A program made the position numbers and the translations under genes. From contig JBMFLH010000032.1 in the NCBI GenBank assembly GCA_049971295.1, positions 1 to 19,866 on the forward strand: a stretch of DNA of 19,866 bases. Direction: 5' to 3'. This DNA comes from Candidatus Ratteibacteria bacterium (GTDB taxonomy: Bacteria > Ratteibacteria > UBA8468 > B48-G9 > DTJG01). Below are positions 16,260-19,866 of this stretch, piece after piece. The first letter of the stretch is position 1. The number at the start of each line of letters is the position of its first letter. The notes under the pieces were generated by a model. The model was not told the DNA's origin, ran no database searches, and saw nothing but the letters and a program-made list of their open reading frames with translations.

Positions 16260-19200
16260 AAAAAGTTATTTATCCATTGATTTTGATTTTTGCTTCTGTG
16301 TGTTTCTGCGATACGATTACCGGTATCGTAAAGACGACAGATAATAAACCGGTTATTGGCGCTGAAGTACGGGTTTTGAAAATCAGACAGGTTGAAAGTA
16401 CACCAGTAAAGACCACGACATCCGACAGATTTGGAAAATTCAAAATTGAAGGTCTTGAAACCGGTTATTACAGAATTATAGCGTCAAAGAAAAACTTTTG
16501 TGACGCTAGTCCTGGAACCATTGAAGTAAACCAGCCAAAATTTGGAATTGTCAATTATGAAATTGTATTGAAAAAACCCGGTTCAATCAGTGGTTTTGTT
16601 TATGACCCGAATGGGCAGCCAGTTCAATCTGCAAAGGTAATTTCTACAAGAAATAACAGATCTGCAATTACGGATAACAAAGGATTTTACAAAATCGATG
16701 GGCTGGAACCAGGTAATTTCTATATATATGCGGAAGCAAAGGGCTTTGTAAGAAATTACAGGGCTAATGTGATTGTTGAAGAAAACAAGGAAACAGCAGG
16801 TATTAACTTTACACTTTCTTACTCAGGAGCAATTAAAGGAGTTGTCGTTGACGCGGAAACAGGGGAAGTGGTTGAAAATGCAATGGTTGAATGTTCCGGT
16901 AAACAGTATTATTCTACAAAAACAGATTTAAAAGGCAAATTTTTTGTTGACAATATGATGCCCGGAAGGTATGACGTTGGCGTTTACAGGCAGGGTTATG
17001 AATCCGCACGTGCAAGGGGCATTTCTGTAGTTGCAAAAGAAACTGTTGACATTGGAGAAATAAAAATAAAACTCAGGCCAAAATATTTTTATCTGAACAC
17101 AAATCAATGGCTTTTTACTCCTGGTGAAAATGTCAAACTTTATTTTAACGCATATAGAATTCCTTCTATTACAATTGACATTTACGAAATTGACCTTCTA
17201 AACGAGATAAACAAATCAAAAGGTTTTTCTCGCTCCACCAAGGAAATTTTAATGGCTGCCGATATATCAAACAAAGCGCCTGTATTAAGCAAAAAAATTG
17301 GTGTTTTTTACAAAACCCCATTAACGGAATTGTATGGCAGAACAATTTCAGCAGGGATGTTGTCTGAAGGTGCATATGTCTGTGTAATCACACCAGAAGG
17401 GATGCCACCACAGAGACAGGTCTTTTTTGTCACTGATGTGGGTTTTATTTCAAAAACATGCGACAACAAATCTGTTTTCACTGTTTTTTCAATTTCAAAA
17501 GGCATGACTCTTGCAGATATTTTTGTTTATGTTTTTGATAACTGGTGGAATCTGAAGCAAGAAGTCAAAACCGATAACAATGGACAGTTTGTATCTGATG
17601 AAAATCAGAAATTTCTGATAATGTCAGGAAAGTCTTTTGCAGTTTCAGACACTGTGACTAAAAGTTATTATGGGTCAGATGACAGGAGAATGATTTATGC
17701 CTACACTGATAGACCTGTGTATAGACCAGGCAATACCATTTATTTTAAGGCGATTCCAAGAATTGATTCCGGCGATAGGTATGAGATACCTCAAATTACA
17801 GGTTGTCAGGTAAAAATACTTGTTCCGGATGGAAGCGTAGTGTATGAAACTACCCTGATGCCACAAAAAAGCAGTTCAATTTCTGGTCAGTGGGCAATTC
17901 CAGATGAGCCACCTCTTGGCACTTACTCAATAGAATTCAAAACGCAGGGGCAAGACATTTTGAGCGGAAGATGCACTTTTAAGGTTCTTGAGTATAGAAA
18001 GCCCGAATTTTCCGTAGAAGTAAAGACAGACAAACTTAGATATCTTCCTGGAGAAAAGATTAAGGCAGTTATTTCAGCACAATACTACTTTGGAGCACCT
18101 GTAAAAAACGCAGACATTATGTGGGCGGTTTATTCAAAGCCAGCATACCATTATTATGATTTTGAAGAATATGAGGGAGAATATGAATATGAAGGATGGT
18201 GGCGCGGGTCTCTTGTTTGTTCGGGTAATTTGAAGACTGACGAAAAAGGAACAGCATTCATAGAAATTCCAACAAAAAAATCATACCAGCAGAAAGAAAC
18301 TTATTCAATTGAAGTGAAAATGACTGACCTGAGCAGGAGAGAAATCACATCAAGTACACAGGTGCTTACTGTTCCAGGAAATTTTGAAATCTCTGTTTCA
18401 ACTGATAAGTACGTGTATTCGCCTGGTGAAGAAATACCGTTAACTGTTTCAGCGCGATACTACCAAGATAATAGTCCGGTTATTGGGAAACAATTCACTG
18501 TTTCTGCAAGTCAGGAATCATACGACCAGAAGAAAAAAAGGTGGACCTTCAAGGAACTTCTGACCACAAATTTTGTTTCTAAAGGGGAAAAAACAACGAT
18601 AAAACTGAAGCCATCAACAACAGGTTACATAAGAATTGATATTCAGGGAATTGACCAGTTTCACAATATTATTTCTACAACGACATATATCTGGATAGCA
18701 GGCAGGGATTATTATTCATCCTGGTACGGAAGAAAGGAAATTGAGATCGTTGCAGACAGAAAAGAATATGAAATAGGAGATATTGCAAAGATTCTCATTA
18801 ACTCTTCCTATAAAGATTTGAATTTCTTGTTTTCAATTGAAGGGACAAGGTTGTTTGAAACCAGACTTATCAAAATGCAGGGAAATTCAGCCCTGATTGA
18901 GATACCAGTTAAGCAGGAATATGTTCCAAATATCTATATTTCAGTGTGTGGCGTAAAAAACAAAAACTTCATTTCTTCAAGCAAACCATTGAAAATTGCA
19001 TGTAAGGAAAAATTTCTCAATGTGGAAATTATGCCGGAAAAAAGCCAATTTCAGCCTCAGGAGAACGCCAGATATAGAATAAAAATCACAGATTCAGAAG
19101 GAAAAGGCGTTTCCGCTGAATTTTCAATGGGCGTGGTCGACGAGTCAATTTATGCAGTTTCCGGCGAACTTGTTCCAAAAATTCAGGACTTTTTCTATGG

Positions 19201-19866
19201 CGGCAAAGCAAACAGGGTTTCAACCTCTTATTCCTTCAGTCGCTGGTACTATGGTGGAGCAGGAAAGGATTTTGCTCAGGAGGAAATAAGAAAAAATTTT
19301 AAGGATACTGCCTTCTGGCAGCCTTATGTTTTCACAGATACAACTGGAATAGCGGATATTCAGTTTATTCTTCCTGACAATCTTACCACATGGAGAACAA
19401 CAGTTCGCGCCATTACTTTAGATACGAAAGTTGGTTCAGGGATTAATAAAGTAATTACCACGAAACCTTTGATTGCAAATTTGATTACGCCGAGATTTAT
19501 GGTTGAAGACGATAGAATGTTAATCTCAGGAGTCATTCATAACCACACAGGCAAAAATCAGAAAATTTTTGTTGAACTGAAAGCAGATGGACTTGAGATT
19601 CTTGACGAAAAAGAAAAAAACATTGAAATTGAAAATGGAAAATCAGCAAGGATTGATTGGAAAGTAAAGGTCAGTTCAGTGAAAAATGCACTTATTACCC
19701 TTTTTGCACAGTCATCCCATTATAAGGATGCTATGGAATTGACAATTCCTGTCTTTCCCTATGGCGCTGACGAAAGACGTGTTTTCACAGGTCAATGCGA
19801 GGATACCAGGATAGATACATTTTACATGCCCACAGGTACAATTCCAGCGTCAATTGATGCAAAATC
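16256..19866 (+). CDS. Bacterial alpha-2-macroglobulin family protein with three N-terminal carboxypeptidase-regulatory-like repeats; 3'-truncated by the window edge (about 1203 codons visible)
   Basis: Manual translation. GGAGGG SD and ATGA overlap, signal peptide MKKVIYPLILIFASVCFC. In-frame A2M motifs are YTDRPVYRPG (about 17702), FKVLEYRKPEF, AQYYFGAPV, GVVDESIYAV (about 19130), IRKNFKDTAFW (about 19286) and LPDNLTTWR. It is probably absent from the ORF track because it has no stop in the window. Confidence 0.93.
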   Translation, partial: MKKVIYPLILIFASVCFCDTITGIVKTTDNKPVIGAEVRVLKIRQVESTPVKTTTSDRFGKFKIEGLETGYYRIIASKKNFCDASPGTIEVNQPKFGIVNYEIVLKKPGSISGFVYDPNGQPVQSAKVISTRNNRSAITDNKGFYKIDGLEPGNFYIYAEAKGFVRNYRANVIVEENKETAGINFTLSYSGAIKGVVVDAETGEVVENAMVECSGKQYYSTKTDLKGKFFVDNMMPGRYDVGVYRQGYESARARGISVVAKETVDIGEIKIKLRPKYFYLNTNQWLFTPGENVKLYFNAYRIPSITIDIYEIDLLNEINKSKGFSRSTKEILMAADISNKAPVLSKKIGVFYKTPLTELYGRTISAGMLSEGAYVCVITPEGMPPQRQVFFVTDVGFISKTCDNKSVFTVFSISKGMTLADIFVYVFDNWWNLKQEVKTDNNGQFVSDENQKFLIMSGKSFAVSDTVTKSYYGSDDRRMIYAYTDRPVYRPGNTIYFKAIPRIDSGDRYEIPQITGCQVKILVPDGSVVYETTLMPQKSSSISGQWAIPDEPPLGTYSIEFKTQGQDILSGRCTFKVLEYRKPEFSVEVKTDKLRYLPGEKIKAVISAQYYFGAPVKNADIMWAVYSKPAYHYYDFEEYEGEYEYEGWWRGSLVCSGNLKTDEKGTAFIEIPTKKSYQQKETYSIEVKMTDLSRREITSSTQVLTVPGNFEISVSTDKYVYSPGEEIPLTVSARYYQDNSPVIGKQFTVSASQESYDQKKKRWTFKELLTTNFVSKGEKTTIKLKPSTTGYIRIDIQGIDQFHNIISTTTYIWIAGRDYYSSWYGRKEIEIVADRKEYEIGDIAKILINSSYKDLNFLFSIEGTRLFETRLIKMQGNSALIEIPVKQEYVPNIYISVCGVKNKNFISSSKPLKIACKEKFLNVEIMPEKSQFQPQENARYRIKITDSEGKGVSAEFSMGVVDESIYAVSGELVPKIQDFFYGGKANRVSTSYSFSRWYYGGAGKDFAQEEIRKNFKDTAFWQPYVFTDTTGIADIQFILPDNLTTWRTTVRAITLDTKVGSGINKVITTKPLIANLITPRFMVEDDRMLISGVIHNHTGKNQKIFVELKADGLEILDEKEKNIEIENGKSARIDWKVKVSSVKNALITLFAQSSHYKDAMELTIPVFPYGADERRVFTGQCEDTRIDTFYMPTGTIPASIDAK
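16310..17075 (+). repeat. Three tandem protein-level repeats of about 80-90 aa (carboxypeptidase regulatory-like beta-sandwich)
   Basis: The repeats read TITGIVKTTDNKPVIGAEV..TSDRFGKFKIEGLETGYY, SISGFVYDPNGQPVQSAKV..TDNKGFYKIDGLEPGNF and AIKGVVVDAETGEVVENAMV..TDLKGKFFVDNMMPGRY. Boundaries are approximate. Confidence 0.85.

Noticed and set aside
17169..17866. Three short minus-strand ORFs suggesting a gene-poor region after 16259
   Set aside because: The region is occupied by the long plus-strand A2M frame, which the track omits.
18167..18196. Short GAATATGA repeats (EYEGEYEYEG)
   Set aside because: This is a low-complexity Tyr/Glu loop within the A2M coding frame, not a separate DNA element.

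Overview
AT-rich bacterial chromosome segment, densely coding and mostly housekeeping. It has no mobile element, RNA gene or CRISPR array that I can support. On the + strand: the distal part of a trp operon in the unusual order trpC-trpB2-trpF-trpB1-trpA, then an apparently leaderless membrane-anchored coiled-coil gene followed by hom and thrB. Next is a tightly coupled five-ORF Trk-type K+ uptake cluster: two short TrkA genes, a 48-aa membrane ORF missing from the ORF track, a TrkH with atypical pore loops, and an OB-fold-like membrane protein. On the - strand, a DUF4321-like gene and miaB converge on the Trk cluster with a 92-bp overlap. An MFS transporter (+) converges on glutamine-dependent nadE (-). 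Divergent from nadE is an AMMECR1-domain gene with a signal-peptide-like N-terminus, coupled to a large bacterial alpha-2-macroglobulin (16256 to past the window end, also missing from the ORF track) that carries three N-terminal carboxypeptidase-regulatory-like repeats. The best candidates for undescribed biology are the AMMECR1 + alpha-2-macroglobulin module, the Trk system with two extra membrane subunits, and trpB2 embedded in a trpB1/trpA operon.
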